NCBI GenBank assembly: GCA_964397565.1 | Contig: CAYNJC010000009.1 | Coordinates: 10,182 to 74,181, forward strand | Reading direction: 5' to 3' | DNA length: 64,000 nucleotides | Source of the DNA: an uncultured bacterium | Lineage (GTDB): Bacteria > Auribacterota > UBA3054 > JAPLST01 | Shown: in pieces, positions 35,338-44,358 of the stretch | Layout: the number at the start of each line of letters is the position of its first letter | How positions within the stretch are numbered: the stretch's first letter is position 1 | Made by a program: the position numbers and the translations under genes | Notes under the pieces: model-generated | Told to the model about the DNA's origin: nothing | Databases searched by the model: none | What the model saw: only the letters and a program-made list of their open reading frames with translations

Positions 35338-35550
35338 ATGAAAAGCGACGATGACGTCATTCGGGAAGTTCACGACCTGCTTGCCGCACAGTCGCTGGGC
35401 GTGCTGGCCAGCTCGTTGGCAGGGCAGCTGTACACCAGTTTTGTGGCGTTTGCCGTCACCGCTGATCTGCGGCAGGTCTGGTTTGCGACCGCGCGTGCCA
35501 CCCGCAAGTATCAAAAGGAACTGCTCTTCGATGCCGCGCCGCGCGCCTGA
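35338..35550 (+). pseudogene. Truncated pyridoxamine-5'-phosphate-oxidase-like ORF (possible gene remnant)
   Basis: The 70-aa ORF MKSDDDVIREVHDLLAAQSLGVLASSLAGQLYTSFVAFAVTADLRQVWFATARATRKYQ resembles the N-terminal half of ~150-aa PNPOx/GSP26-like proteins. It then stops, and I could not follow a continuation in any frame. Confidence 0.35.
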
Positions 35551-35786
35551 CTGCCCGCGCGCACGCTGCACGCAGATTGACGGGGTGTGGTACCGCGTCA
35601 CGCGCCAGGGCTTGGTGATGCTGCCGCCCGCGGCGGCGCCACGCAAACACCCCTGCCGTGATTGCGTCGCGTGCCAGCAGTGCAGCGAAGAGCGCTGCCG
35701 TGCGTGCCGCCGCCGGCACCGGACTAGAACAACAACAACAACCCAATGAGTAACGATGAGTGATCCTGATATGGAGATGAACCCGC

Positions 35787-36890
35787 ATGGCATTTGATGT
35801 CACAGGCGTGCTGCAAGTCACGGAAAAAGGCAACGGTATCTTGCGCGATGCCAGCCGCTCGTTCAAGCCCAGCGGCGCGGATGCCTACGTACCCAACCAC
35901 ATGATGAAGTCACATCGGCTGGTGGAAGGCGCGCTGATCGTCGGGCATGCGCACAAGCGCAAGCATTCGATCGAAGTGCATGATATCACCACGATCTCGG
36001 GCTTGAAGCCGGACGATTTTGCGCGTCGGCCGCGTTTCACGCAGCTGACGGCGGTCAATCCGAGTGAACGCTTCAAGCTGGGCGTCACCGGCGATGTCAC
36101 GATGCGGATTGTCGAGATGCTGGCGCCGATCGGCAAAGGCACGCGCGGCATGATTGTCTCGCCGCCCAAAGCCGGCAAGACCCTGCTGCTCGAAGCCCTG
36201 GCCAACTCGATCCGCGCCTGCGATCCGAACGCGCGCATCATTGTCCTGCTGGTTGATGAGCGGCCCGAGGAAGTCACCCATTTCCGCCGCGCGGTCAGTG
36301 CCGAAGTGTTGGCCAGTTCAAATGACCAGACTTATCTTGAGCATTGTTCCTTGGTCGAATTGACCTTGTCACATGTGCGGGTCGAGCTCGAATGCGGCCG
36401 GCATGTGGTGGTCTTGATGGACAGTCTGACGCGCGTGGCGCGCGCGTTCAACATCAAGGGCTCGGGCACCGGCCGCACCTTGAGCGGCGGCCTCGAAGCC
36501 GGCGCGCTCGAAATCCCGCGGCGCTTTTTCGGCCTGGCCCGCAACATCGAAAATGGCGGCTCGGTCACCATTGTCGCCACCGCCTTGGTCGAAACCGGCT
36601 CGCGCATGGACGATCTTATCTTCGAGGAATTCAAAGGCACGGGCAACAGCGAAATTGTGCTCGACCGGCGCTTGGCCGATTTACGCATCTTCCCGGCTAT
36701 CAACATCACCGCCAGTGGCACCCGCCGCGAAGAACAATTGTACGGGCCGGAGGATATCATGAAGGTGCACAAGCTGCGCCGGATGCTGATGGAGCACCCG
36801 CCGGATGCCGCCATGGCGCTGCTCAAGAACTTGTGCGAAAAGTACCGCGACAACCCCGCCCTCTTGAATCAACTCGCCGCCCGGCCATGA
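35787..36890 (+). CDS. rho: Transcription termination factor Rho (short form)
   Basis: Walker A SPPKAGKT and full RecA-like core. The ORF begins at the CSD-like RNA-binding subdomain (AFDVTGVLQVTEKGNGILRD). An in-frame TGA at 35778 blocks any upstream extension. Confidence 0.9.
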   Translation: MAFDVTGVLQVTEKGNGILRDASRSFKPSGADAYVPNHMMKSHRLVEGALIVGHAHKRKHSIEVHDITTISGLKPDDFARRPRFTQLTAVNPSERFKLGVTGDVTMRIVEMLAPIGKGTRGMIVSPPKAGKTLLLEALANSIRACDPNARIIVLLVDERPEEVTHFRRAVSAEVLASSNDQTYLEHCSLVELTLSHVRVELECGRHVVVLMDSLTRVARAFNIKGSGTGRTLSGGLEAGALEIPRRFFGLARNIENGGSVTIVATALVETGSRMDDLIFEEFKGTGNSEIVLDRRLADLRIFPAINITASGTRREEQLYGPEDIMKVHKLRRMLMEHPPDAAMALLKNLCEKYRDNPALLNQLAARP

Positions 36891-37168
36891 AGTTGTACGT
36901 TGTCGGTTACTTGAAAAAGACGCTGCGGTTTTTCACGGCATTCCTGCCGGTGACGGCCGCCCGTCGCCAGACGTGCACCAACTGCGGTGCCTGCTGCAAA
37001 TTGCCGACGCGCTGCCTGTTCCTGCGCGATCGCAGCGACGGCACGGCCTATTGCACAATCTACCGCTTCCGTCCGCCCAATTGCCGCAAGTATCCACGCA
37101 CACGCGCCGAATGGCTGACCGCCAAAACTTGTGGGTACACCTTCGATGATCATCGCCACGCTCACTGA
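36887..37168 (+). CDS. YkgJ-family cysteine-cluster protein
   Basis: 93 aa from MKLYVVGYL. CTNCGACC motif. ATGA overlap with the rho stop. Confidence 0.65.
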   Translation: MKLYVVGYLKKTLRFFTAFLPVTAARRQTCTNCGACCKLPTRCLFLRDRSDGTAYCTIYRFRPPNCRKYPRTRAEWLTAKTCGYTFDDHRHAH

Positions 37169-37616
37169 TCTGTCTTGCCTGTCTGGTGTGCCACGCCGCA
37201 CTGACCGGGTCGTGGGCGACTTCCTGCGCGCCGCGGCAGCCCCGCTTGCGGATGGCGTGTATCCGCTGCAGGGCGATGCCATCGTCGCGCGCGTCATGAC
37301 CTACGCGACCCGCCCGCGTGCCGCGGCGGTCCTCGAAGTCCATCGCGAATTCATTGACGTGCAAATGATGCTGGACGGCGTTGAACGCCTGCAGTGGTAT
37401 CCGGCGGCGACGCTGACCGCGACGGCCGCGTACGATGCCATCCGGGATGTCGAGTTTTTTGCCAAGCCTGTGCGCGCACCGCTGCAGGCAACGTTGGCCC
37501 GACCGCTCGTGGCCGTCTTCTTCCCCGGCGATGCGCATTGCACGCAACTGCAACTGCGGGCGCCACGCACCGTGCGCAAGATAGTCGTCAAAATCCAGCA
37601 CACCTTATGGACGTAG
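37146..37616 (+). CDS. YhcH/YjgK/YiaL (DUF386) family protein
   Basis: Start MIIATLTDL. HREFIDVQMMLDG...FFPGDAHC pattern typical of the family. Confidence 0.6.
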   Translation: MIIATLTDLSCLSGVPRRTDRVVGDFLRAAAAPLADGVYPLQGDAIVARVMTYATRPRAAAVLEVHREFIDVQMMLDGVERLQWYPAATLTATAAYDAIRDVEFFAKPVRAPLQATLARPLVAVFFPGDAHCTQLQLRAPRTVRKIVVKIQHTLWT

Positions 37617-38230
37617 CCGCGTTTCTCGAACACAGCGTGTATTTTCTGGCGCTGATCAATCCCGCCAGCAAGATTTTCGTGCTGGCCACGCTGGATCCTC
37701 CGCTGGCCTGGCGCGAACTGCGCACGGTCACGATCCGCTCGACCTGCGTCGCGTTCCTGATCTTGTGCGTCTTGACGCTGGCGGGCAATGTCATTTTGCA
37801 GAAAGTGTTTCACGTTGAGTTGTACTCGTTGAAGGCCGCCGGCGGCATTATTTTGTTTCTGGTCGGCTTGTCGGCCGTGCAACAAGGCCGCTTCTATGAC
37901 AAGGCCTCGTTTCGCATGAGCGACATTTCCGTCGTGCCGCTGGCCGCGCCGCTGATCGCCGGGCCGGGCACGATCACGGCCGCCATCTCGCTCAGCGCCA
38001 GCCTCGGCATCGCCCGGACCCTGCCAGCATTGACCATGGCGCTGTTGGTCAATCTGCTCCTGATGCTGATGGCGCACAAGATCGGCCGCGCGCTTGAACG
38101 GATCAATGCGACCGGCCCGCTGATTCGCATTACCGGTCTGATTGTCGCCTCGGTCTCGGCCCAGATGGTTTTTTCAGGCGTGGCCGAATGGCTGCGCCAG
38201 ATCCACGCCGGCGGCGCGCCGTTGCCGTAA
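37607..38230 (+). CDS. MarC-family (UPF0056) integral membrane protein
   Basis: Start MDVAAFLEHSVYFLALINPASKIF. About 6 TM helices. 10-nt overlap with the upstream gene. Confidence 0.65.
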   Translation: MDVAAFLEHSVYFLALINPASKIFVLATLDPPLAWRELRTVTIRSTCVAFLILCVLTLAGNVILQKVFHVELYSLKAAGGIILFLVGLSAVQQGRFYDKASFRMSDISVVPLAAPLIAGPGTITAAISLSASLGIARTLPALTMALLVNLLLMLMAHKIGRALERINATGPLIRITGLIVASVSAQMVFSGVAEWLRQIHAGGAPLP

Positions 38231-38232
38231 GC

Positions 38233-38850
38233 ATGCGTGACCGCTGGCGCGCAATCGAATGTGCAACGCTGTTCTGGCTGTTGCCGGGCTTGGCGTGGGC
38301 ATGTGATCTGCGGCATGAAAAACGGCTCGCGTTCGCCGTCATCGCTGTGTATTGCCTGGTGCTGATGTGGCGCAGCCGCGCGCTGCGCGGCGCCGCCTTG
38401 TGGCGCATCGCACCACGCGACCTGCGCGGCATGGCAGTGCGGGTCGCGGCCGTTGCCGTTGCCTGTGTGGTGATCACATGGTTGTTGCACCCCGAATGGC
38501 TCTTCGCCTTCCCGCGTCTGCGGCCACAGCGCTGGCTTATGGTCATGGTGCTGTATCCCCTGTTGTCCGCGTTGCCGCAGGAGCTGGTCTACCGCGCATT
38601 CTTTTTTGAACGGTATACGCCGCTGTTGGGCAATGGCTGGCAGTTATTGACCATGAATGTGCTCTGTTTCGCCTGGCTGCATGTCATGTACGACAATCCA
38701 ATCGCCGTGCTGGCATCGCTGGCCGGCGGCTGTTTGTTGACCTGGAGCTACGCGCGCTCGCGCTCGTTGCTGCTCGTGGGCATCGAACACGGCCTGTACG
38801 GGTGCATTGCGTTTTCGGTCGGATTGGGCCGCTTCTTCTACGAAGGTTGA
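38233..38850 (+). CDS. CPBP-family intramembrane protease-like protein
   Basis: Start MRDRWRAIE. QELVYRAFFFE and WLHVMY / IEHGLYG motifs on TM helices. Confidence 0.55.
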   Translation: MRDRWRAIECATLFWLLPGLAWACDLRHEKRLAFAVIAVYCLVLMWRSRALRGAALWRIAPRDLRGMAVRVAAVAVACVVITWLLHPEWLFAFPRLRPQRWLMVMVLYPLLSALPQELVYRAFFFERYTPLLGNGWQLLTMNVLCFAWLHVMYDNPIAVLASLAGGCLLTWSYARSRSLLLVGIEHGLYGCIAFSVGLGRFFYEG

Positions 38851-38894
38851 TTTTTTCGCGCCGCTTGGGTACAATAGCCTGCACGCCTGCCTGC

Positions 38895-38980
38895 GCCGGA
38901 GTGGTGGAATGGTATACACGCGGGTTTCAAAAACCCGTGGGGGCAACCCCGTGAGAGTTCAAGTCTCTCCTCCGGCACCA
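38895..38980 (+). tRNA. tRNA-Leu (anticodon CAA)
   Basis: Folds by hand: acceptor GCCGGAG/CTCCGGC, anticodon stem CGGGT/ACCCG, loop TTCAAAA, long variable arm TGGGGGCAACCCCGT, T-arm GAGAG-TTCAAGT-CTCTC, encoded CCA. Confidence 0.9.
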
Positions 38981-38992
38981 CGCGTTTTCACT

Positions 38993-40144
38993 ATGCCGAC
39001 ACCCGACCCACCACTGTTTGTCTGCCTGCAGCACGCGACCGATTGCGCCGCGCGCGCCGGCCGGCTTGCCACACCCCACGGCTGCATCGAAACACCCGCG
39101 TTCATGCCGGTCGGCACGCGCGCCACCGTCAAAATGCTGACACCCGCCGAACTGCACACGCTCGGCACGCAGATCATTCTGGCGAATACGTATCACATGC
39201 TTACCCGGCCCGGCGCCGAGATCATCGCCGCCCACGGCGGCCTGCACCGCTTCATGGCTTGGGACGGCCCGATTCTGACCGACAGCGGCGGCTTTCAAGT
39301 CTACAGCCTGGCGGATCTGCGCAACATCACCGACGCCGGCGTGCGCTTCAAATCGCATATTGACGGCAGCGCCCTCTTCCTCGGTCCGCGCGAGGCGATG
39401 CAGATGCAGCACACGCTCGGCAGCGATATCGCCATGGCCTTCGACGAGTGTCCGCCGTCCACCGCCGACCGCGCCATCATCGAGGAAGCCGTGCGCCGCA
39501 CCCTGGCCTGGGCGCGGGTCTGCCTCGCGTGTCGTGACGCGCACCAACAAGCCGGCAGCCGGCAATTGCTGTTCGGCATTGTGCAGGGCGGCGTCCATGA
39601 TGACCTGCGCCTGCACTGCCTCGAAGAATTATGCGCGCTGCCGTTCGACGGCTTCGCCATCGGCGGCCTGGCAGTCGGCGAGGCACCCGAGGAAATGTAC
39701 CGTGTCACCGAATTGTGCGCGCGGCACCTGCCGGCCGACCAACCGCGCTACCTGATGGGCGTCGGCCGCCCGGAAGACATTGTCCAGGCCGTTGTGCGCG
39801 GCGTGGATATGTTCGACTGCGTCATGCCGACGCGCAATGCGCGCAACGGCAGCGCCTTCACCGCCGATGGCGACCTGGCCATCAAGTCCGGCCGGTTCAA
39901 GGATGACCTGCGCCCGGTCGAGCCCGGCTGCGCCTGTTATGCCTGCCGCACGTTCACGCGCGCCTACATCCGCCATCTGCTCAACGTCGGCGAAGCGCTC
40001 GGCGGACAATTGCTGACGATGCACAACCTGCATTTTTATCTGACGCTGATGCGCGACCTGCGCGCCGCACTGCAGGCCAATCAACTGACGGCGTTTGCAC
40101 GCGCATTCCTGGCCCGCCGCGCCGCCGGCCAATCCGCGGACTAA
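38993..40144 (+). CDS. tgt: Queuine tRNA-ribosyltransferase
   Basis: Start MPTPDPPLF, 13 nt after the tRNA. TPAFMPVGT, LTDSGGFQV and a C-terminal zinc-site CxCxxC pattern (CACYAC). Confidence 0.9.
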   Translation: MPTPDPPLFVCLQHATDCAARAGRLATPHGCIETPAFMPVGTRATVKMLTPAELHTLGTQIILANTYHMLTRPGAEIIAAHGGLHRFMAWDGPILTDSGGFQVYSLADLRNITDAGVRFKSHIDGSALFLGPREAMQMQHTLGSDIAMAFDECPPSTADRAIIEEAVRRTLAWARVCLACRDAHQQAGSRQLLFGIVQGGVHDDLRLHCLEELCALPFDGFAIGGLAVGEAPEEMYRVTELCARHLPADQPRYLMGVGRPEDIVQAVVRGVDMFDCVMPTRNARNGSAFTADGDLAIKSGRFKDDLRPVEPGCACYACRTFTRAYIRHLLNVGEALGGQLLTMHNLHFYLTLMRDLRAALQANQLTAFARAFLARRAAGQSAD

Positions 40145-40162
40145 CGCCCACCCGGCACGCCC

Positions 40163-40663
40163 ATGATTAAGCCCACCGACGACGCGGCCATTATTGCGAT
40201 CATCACTAATCGCGAAGCCCGCCGCAATTATTACATCATTGAAACGATTGAGACCGGCATCGAGCTGCGCGGGACGGAAGTCAAGTCCTTGCGCGACCAT
40301 CGCGGCAATCTGAGTGACGCCTTCGCGCGGATCGAACGCGGCCAGGTCTTCCTTTCCAATTTGCACATCAATCCCTACGACCAAGGCAACCGCTTCAATC
40401 ACGATCCTTTGCGCGTGCGCCGGCTGTTACTGCACAAGAATGAGATTCGGCGGTTGGCGGCGCACAGCGAGCGCAAAGGCATGGCCTTGATCCCGCTCCG
40501 TCTGTATTTCAAGCGCGGGCGTGTCAAAGTCGAGTTGGGGATCGCGCAGGGCAAGGTCCAATACGACAAGCGCGAGGACATCAAGAAGCGCGAGCACACG
40601 CGCGAGATGGCGCGCGCCATGGCGCATGCCGGCGCAAAGGCGCGCGGCCGCGCCGCACGCTGA
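40163..40663 (+). CDS. smpB: SsrA-binding protein
   Basis: NREARRNYYIIETIETGIELRGTEVKS and LLLHKNEIRRL are typical SmpB motifs. Confidence 0.9.
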   Translation: MIKPTDDAAIIAIITNREARRNYYIIETIETGIELRGTEVKSLRDHRGNLSDAFARIERGQVFLSNLHINPYDQGNRFNHDPLRVRRLLLHKNEIRRLAAHSERKGMALIPLRLYFKRGRVKVELGIAQGKVQYDKREDIKKREHTREMARAMAHAGAKARGRAAR

Positions 40664-40800
40664 GGCGCAACATTTTGCCACCAAGACACGAAGGCACGAA
40701 GAAACCACTGCAAGATGCTGATTAGCTTTTGCTGAATCTAACCTTCGTTCGTCGCGAACGAAGTTCCCCCATCAACAATGAACAAAAGAGCCGGCCAGCG

Positions 40801-40829
40801 GCACAATCGACATTTTATGTCGTTTGTGC
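40801..40829. repeat. Dispersed palindrome, copy 3
   Basis: gcacaatcgaca tttta tgtcgtttgtgc; 12-nt arms with one mismatch; lies between convergent genes. Confidence 0.85.
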
Positions 40830-40892
40830 ATAGTATTATTACGTGCCAGTGGTGTGAATGGCGCCACCGTTGTTCACGGACATTGAACCGCG

Positions 40893-41669
40893 TCAGCAGG
40901 TCGTTTTGCAGTAGCGCGCCATGAACCGCCGCGTGATGTCACCTAACCGTTTATCCAAGATTGTGTAGACTTTTTCCTGGATGGCTGCCGGCACGCCATA
41001 CGCCGCCTGGGCGATGCCTCCCGTGATGCACGCCAGCGTATCCGTGTCGCCGCCCAGCGACACGGCCGTGCGCATGGCATCCTCGAAATCAGTGGCATCA
41101 ATGAAGGCCCGCAGTGCCTGCGGCACGGTGCCCTGGCATGACTCATCGAATGCATAGGTTGGGCGGATCTCGTCCACGTGCATGCCCAAGTCATAGTGAA
41201 AGGTCGTCTCGATAAATTCTTTAATTTCATCCTTCGCCTTGCCGCAGCGCGCCAGGAAAATCGCGGCGGCGGTCGCTTGCCCGCCTTTGATCCCTTCAGC
41301 ATGGTTGTGGGTGACTTCGGTGAATTCCTGGGCTTTGCGCAAGACCGTTGCAAGGTCGTCATAGGCATAGCCCACCGGGCTGATGCGCATGGCGGCCCCG
41401 TTGCCCCAACTGTTGTATGGCGCGGCATCTGGGCTTTGGGCCCAGCGGCAGAAACGGCCGCCATAGCCGCCATTTGGATACCAGCGGTAGAATTTCTTCA
41501 GGTTTTCAACATAGGGTGTGCCCGACAGAATAGTGTCGGCCAGCGCAATGGTCAAAATCGAGTCGTCGGTAAAAAAGCACGCAGGGGAGAAAAGCACGAA
41601 GTCTTTGGTCTTGATGTTGTGCCACTCGTAGACCGATCCGATGATGTCACCTGCCAGTGCCCCGATCAT
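40893..41669 (-). CDS. ADP-ribosylglycohydrolase family protein
   Basis: MIGALAGDIIGSVYEWHNIKTKDF...DDSILT...GGDTDTLACITGGIA family pattern. Confidence 0.8.
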   Translation of the reverse strand: MIGALAGDIIGSVYEWHNIKTKDFVLFSPACFFTDDSILTIALADTILSGTPYVENLKKFYRWYPNGGYGGRFCRWAQSPDAAPYNSWGNGAAMRISPVGYAYDDLATVLRKAQEFTEVTHNHAEGIKGGQATAAAIFLARCGKAKDEIKEFIETTFHYDLGMHVDEIRPTYAFDESCQGTVPQALRAFIDATDFEDAMRTAVSLGGDTDTLACITGGIAQAAYGVPAAIQEKVYTILDKRLGDITRRFMARYCKTTC

Positions 41670-41688
41670 AGTTTTCTCTTCGTTACTT

Positions 41689-41756
41689 TTGTAGATACAA
41701 GCCGCCCGCGCTGATGCGGTTCTTTGCTCTGCCGCGGTCAGCGCCCGCGGCTACAG
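41689..41756 (+). repeat. REP-like double-hairpin repeat, copy
   Basis: ttgtagatacaagccgcccgcgctgatgcggttctttgctctgccgcggtcagcgcccgcggctacagc. Confidence 0.75.
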
Positions 41757-41760
41757 CTGC

Positions 41761-43167
41761 CTAGATCCGGCGGATGACGCGATAGGCGTTGCGCGCGAAA
41801 TCAAGGGTCAAGCGCACGCCCGGAAATTCCGCCAAAATCTCGGTCGGATTAGCCGGCTTGACATTGCGGATTTCGCGAATCAGCGCAAAGCCGACGAACA
41901 CGCCCACTGCGGTAAAGCGCAACAGCGATGAGACAGCAAACAGGGTTTGATAGCCCGATTGCCAGAGCGGCAGAGGTGGCAGCACCCGCGCCAGCCAGCC
42001 GCCCGACAAGCCGAAGAAAAAGACGGTGAAGCCGACGGTGGACGCCATGTAGGCCGCGCAGCGCACGCGGCGTTGCGGCGTGACCGCTTCCAGCAAATAA
42101 TTGAAGGTTGCCAGACCAAAGCCGCACCATAGCGCGCCGGCCACAAAGTTCAAGATCCACAGCCAGGTGGGTGTTGCTGCGAACAGATACGGCAGTGGTA
42201 TCGCCGCAATGCCGAAGGCCGTCACCCGCGTCACGAACCAATTGCCGTAATGGTCGGCGACTTTGCCCCAGAACGGCAGGAACAGTAAGGTGCCAATCAG
42301 ATTGGCGTTGACGATCATGGCAAAGGTGGCGTGCGGAATGTGCAGTTCAGTCAGGAAATAGACGTTAAAAAACGGGCCGGCAATGGCCGTCGTGCCATGC
42401 ACCAGCGCGACGAAAATCGTGAAGCGCGCGAAATTGCTGGTTGGTGTTTTTGAGAGAAATTCAGTATAGCTGAAGTCGCGCGGTGTCGGCGCAAAACTCA
42501 AAGGTGGCTCATACTGTTTCCACAACGCCAAGCCGGAGAAAAAGCGCGCGAGCGCGGCCACAAGGTACAAGACCAGGTAGCCAAACCAAGGCGGGTGCGG
42601 CCCGCCATAGTGCTGCATCAAGTAGCCGGACGCGATGCCAGCCGTGACCTGAAAGATGCTGAAATAGCGGTTGCGCCAGGCGAAAAAACGCCCGCGAATG
42701 TCGTGCGGCACCATGTCGGCCATCCAGGATGTCCAGACGCTGCCACCCATGCCGCCACTAGTGGCGTAGATCGAGAAAAACACGACCAGCATCACCGGCG
42801 CGAGCCAGCGCTGATAATAACCGCTCAGCGCGATCAGCGTCAGGAAAAAGGTCTGACTCCAGACGGTGGCAATGACAAAGCCCTTGCGCGAATGGATGTA
42901 GGCTGAAATCACCGGCGTGGCCAATTGCGTCAGGGCCGAGAGCAGCAGTGGGAGACTGGCCAGCAACGCCATCAGTAATTTGGAGTCGCTTAGCGAGAGC
43001 AACGCCGGCGCGGTGTTCGTTTCCACCAGGCCGACCATGCACATGCCCAGAATGCCGTCGAGGAACGAGAACCACAGGCCGCGCCGCGCCTGCGGATCAT
43101 CAATCCGCGGCGGTCGCCAATTCGCCAACATTGCCCGCACAGGGATCACGCGTGGTGCTCCGCTCAT
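41761..43167 (-). CDS. MFS transporter
   Basis: 468 aa, about 12 hydrophobic helices in two halves. Substrate unknown. Confidence 0.7.
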   Translation of the reverse strand: MSGAPRVIPVRAMLANWRPPRIDDPQARRGLWFSFLDGILGMCMVGLVETNTAPALLSLSDSKLLMALLASLPLLLSALTQLATPVISAYIHSRKGFVIATVWSQTFFLTLIALSGYYQRWLAPVMLVVFFSIYATSGGMGGSVWTSWMADMVPHDIRGRFFAWRNRYFSIFQVTAGIASGYLMQHYGGPHPPWFGYLVLYLVAALARFFSGLALWKQYEPPLSFAPTPRDFSYTEFLSKTPTSNFARFTIFVALVHGTTAIAGPFFNVYFLTELHIPHATFAMIVNANLIGTLLFLPFWGKVADHYGNWFVTRVTAFGIAAIPLPYLFAATPTWLWILNFVAGALWCGFGLATFNYLLEAVTPQRRVRCAAYMASTVGFTVFFFGLSGGWLARVLPPLPLWQSGYQTLFAVSSLLRFTAVGVFVGFALIREIRNVKPANPTEILAEFPGVRLTLDFARNAYRVIRRI

Positions 43168-43176
43168 CCACGCGGC

Positions 43177-44175
43177 TCAGGGCGCCGCGTTCACAACCAC
43201 CGTGAACTCAACAATGTCGCCTTTGCCGGCCCGGTCAATCAGCCAACCCAGTGGGCGCCAGAGGTTGCGCCAGAATGAGCGGCGGCCGTCCAGCGGCCGT
43301 AGCCAGACCGGCAGCACGCCCTCGCGCCGCATGAACTCAAGACTCACAAAGAAGCCGCTCGGCGGCGAACAGTGCCGTATGCGCTGCACCGCCAAGCCAT
43401 GCTGGCGCACCAGCCGCGTGAACGTGTCGGGCGTGTAATGAAACACATGCCGCGGCACATCCAGCGGATACCAGTATTGTTTGAACCAGCGAAATGTGCA
43501 ACTATCAATATTCGGCACGCGCATGTAGCAGACCCCGTCGGGCTTCAGAATCCGCCGGACTTCGGTCAGGACTTCGGCCGGATTGATTAAGTGCTCGAAG
43601 ACATAGTGCAGGCGCACCACATCAAAGGCCTGATCGGGAAATTGGGCGGCCGGCAACGTGCCGCAAAACGTGGGCACGCCGGCTGCAGTGGCCGTGCGCG
43701 CGGCGTTCTCGTCAATCTCGACGCCCTGCACCGTCCAACCGCATTCCTGCATGCCGCGCAGCCAACCGCCGTTGCCGCAGCCGATATCCAGCAGCCGGCC
43801 GGCGCCATGGTACGCGATGGCGCTCTTGAGCGTGCCGAGACTGAGCAGCCACAGAAACGGGCGCAGCAGCCGGCGTTGCCAGCGCGGCGGGAGCGGCGCG
43901 CCCAGCGGATAGTCATAATACCAACGCAGGACAAACTCCTTCAACGCGCGATGGCGCTGAAAGCGCGTCATCCCGTGCAATTCTTTGTGGGCCAGATAAT
44001 GATCCGGATAATAGAGCTGCAGCTCGTCGTTGTCCGGCTGCGGATTGATGTATACCAGCCCGCAACTGCAGCGCGTCACGCTGAAATCGCCCGGCACGCC
44101 GTGCAACAGATCACTGCCGCGCACCAGCACGGCGCGGCTGTCACTCCCACACAATGGACACAAGATGGTATGCAT
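43177..44175 (-). CDS. Class I SAM-dependent methyltransferase with an N-terminal Cys4 motif
   Basis: LLDIGCGNGGWL motif I. N-terminal CPLCGS...CSCG. The ATG at 44175 is preferred over the TTG at 44190. Confidence 0.7.
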   Translation of the reverse strand: MHTILCPLCGSDSRAVLVRGSDLLHGVPGDFSVTRCSCGLVYINPQPDNDELQLYYPDHYLAHKELHGMTRFQRHRALKEFVLRWYYDYPLGAPLPPRWQRRLLRPFLWLLSLGTLKSAIAYHGAGRLLDIGCGNGGWLRGMQECGWTVQGVEIDENAARTATAAGVPTFCGTLPAAQFPDQAFDVVRLHYVFEHLINPAEVLTEVRRILKPDGVCYMRVPNIDSCTFRWFKQYWYPLDVPRHVFHYTPDTFTRLVRQHGLAVQRIRHCSPPSGFFVSLEFMRREGVLPVWLRPLDGRRSFWRNLWRPLGWLIDRAGKGDIVEFTVVVNAAP

Positions 44176-44183
44176 TGAGCAAC

Positions 44184-44204
44184 GGGTCAAAGGTCAAAGG
44201 TCAG
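44184..44204. repeat. Three tandem heptamers (GGTCARA)
   Basis: gggtcaa aggtcaa aggtcag. Confidence 0.85.
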
Positions 44205-44284
44205 ATGAATATCCAATATTGAACAAGGAATATCGAAGGCCGAAGTAGCTGCGCAGAACTGCATCATTGGTCATTCCTTGTTGC

Positions 44285-44311
44285 TCGGAGTCCCGCCAAA
44301 GGCGGGATTGG
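44285..44311 (+). repeat. Conserved hairpin GGAGTCCCGCC-AAAG-GGCGGGATT
   Basis: tcggagtcccgccaaaggcgggattgg; perfect 7-bp stem tcccgcc/ggcggga. Close matches at 59125-59150, 20543-20564 (minus strand) and 31206-31230. Confidence 0.85.
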
Positions 44312-44358
44312 ATGTTCGCTATTCGCATTTCCTGAACCCTGATTTTGCATGCTGCGCA

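Noticed and set aside
38807-38992. N-terminal extensions of track ORFs. Examples: 38807-40144 running through tRNA-Leu, 24072-25253, 48956-50044, 54195-55766, 36344-37168, 37394-38230, 25886-27448 and 9943-12057.
   Set aside because: The extensions overlap upstream genes or the tRNA and have junk composition. Internal ATGs give family-typical N-termini, often with ATGA coupling to the upstream stop.
40664-40892. Searched for tmRNA (ssrA) next to smpB.
   Set aside because: The spacer is only 229 nt and lacks a tRNA-like acceptor/T-arm and a tag ORF. It contains only a 9-bp hairpin (cttcgttcg/cgaacgaag), an octamer repeat and the dispersed palindrome.
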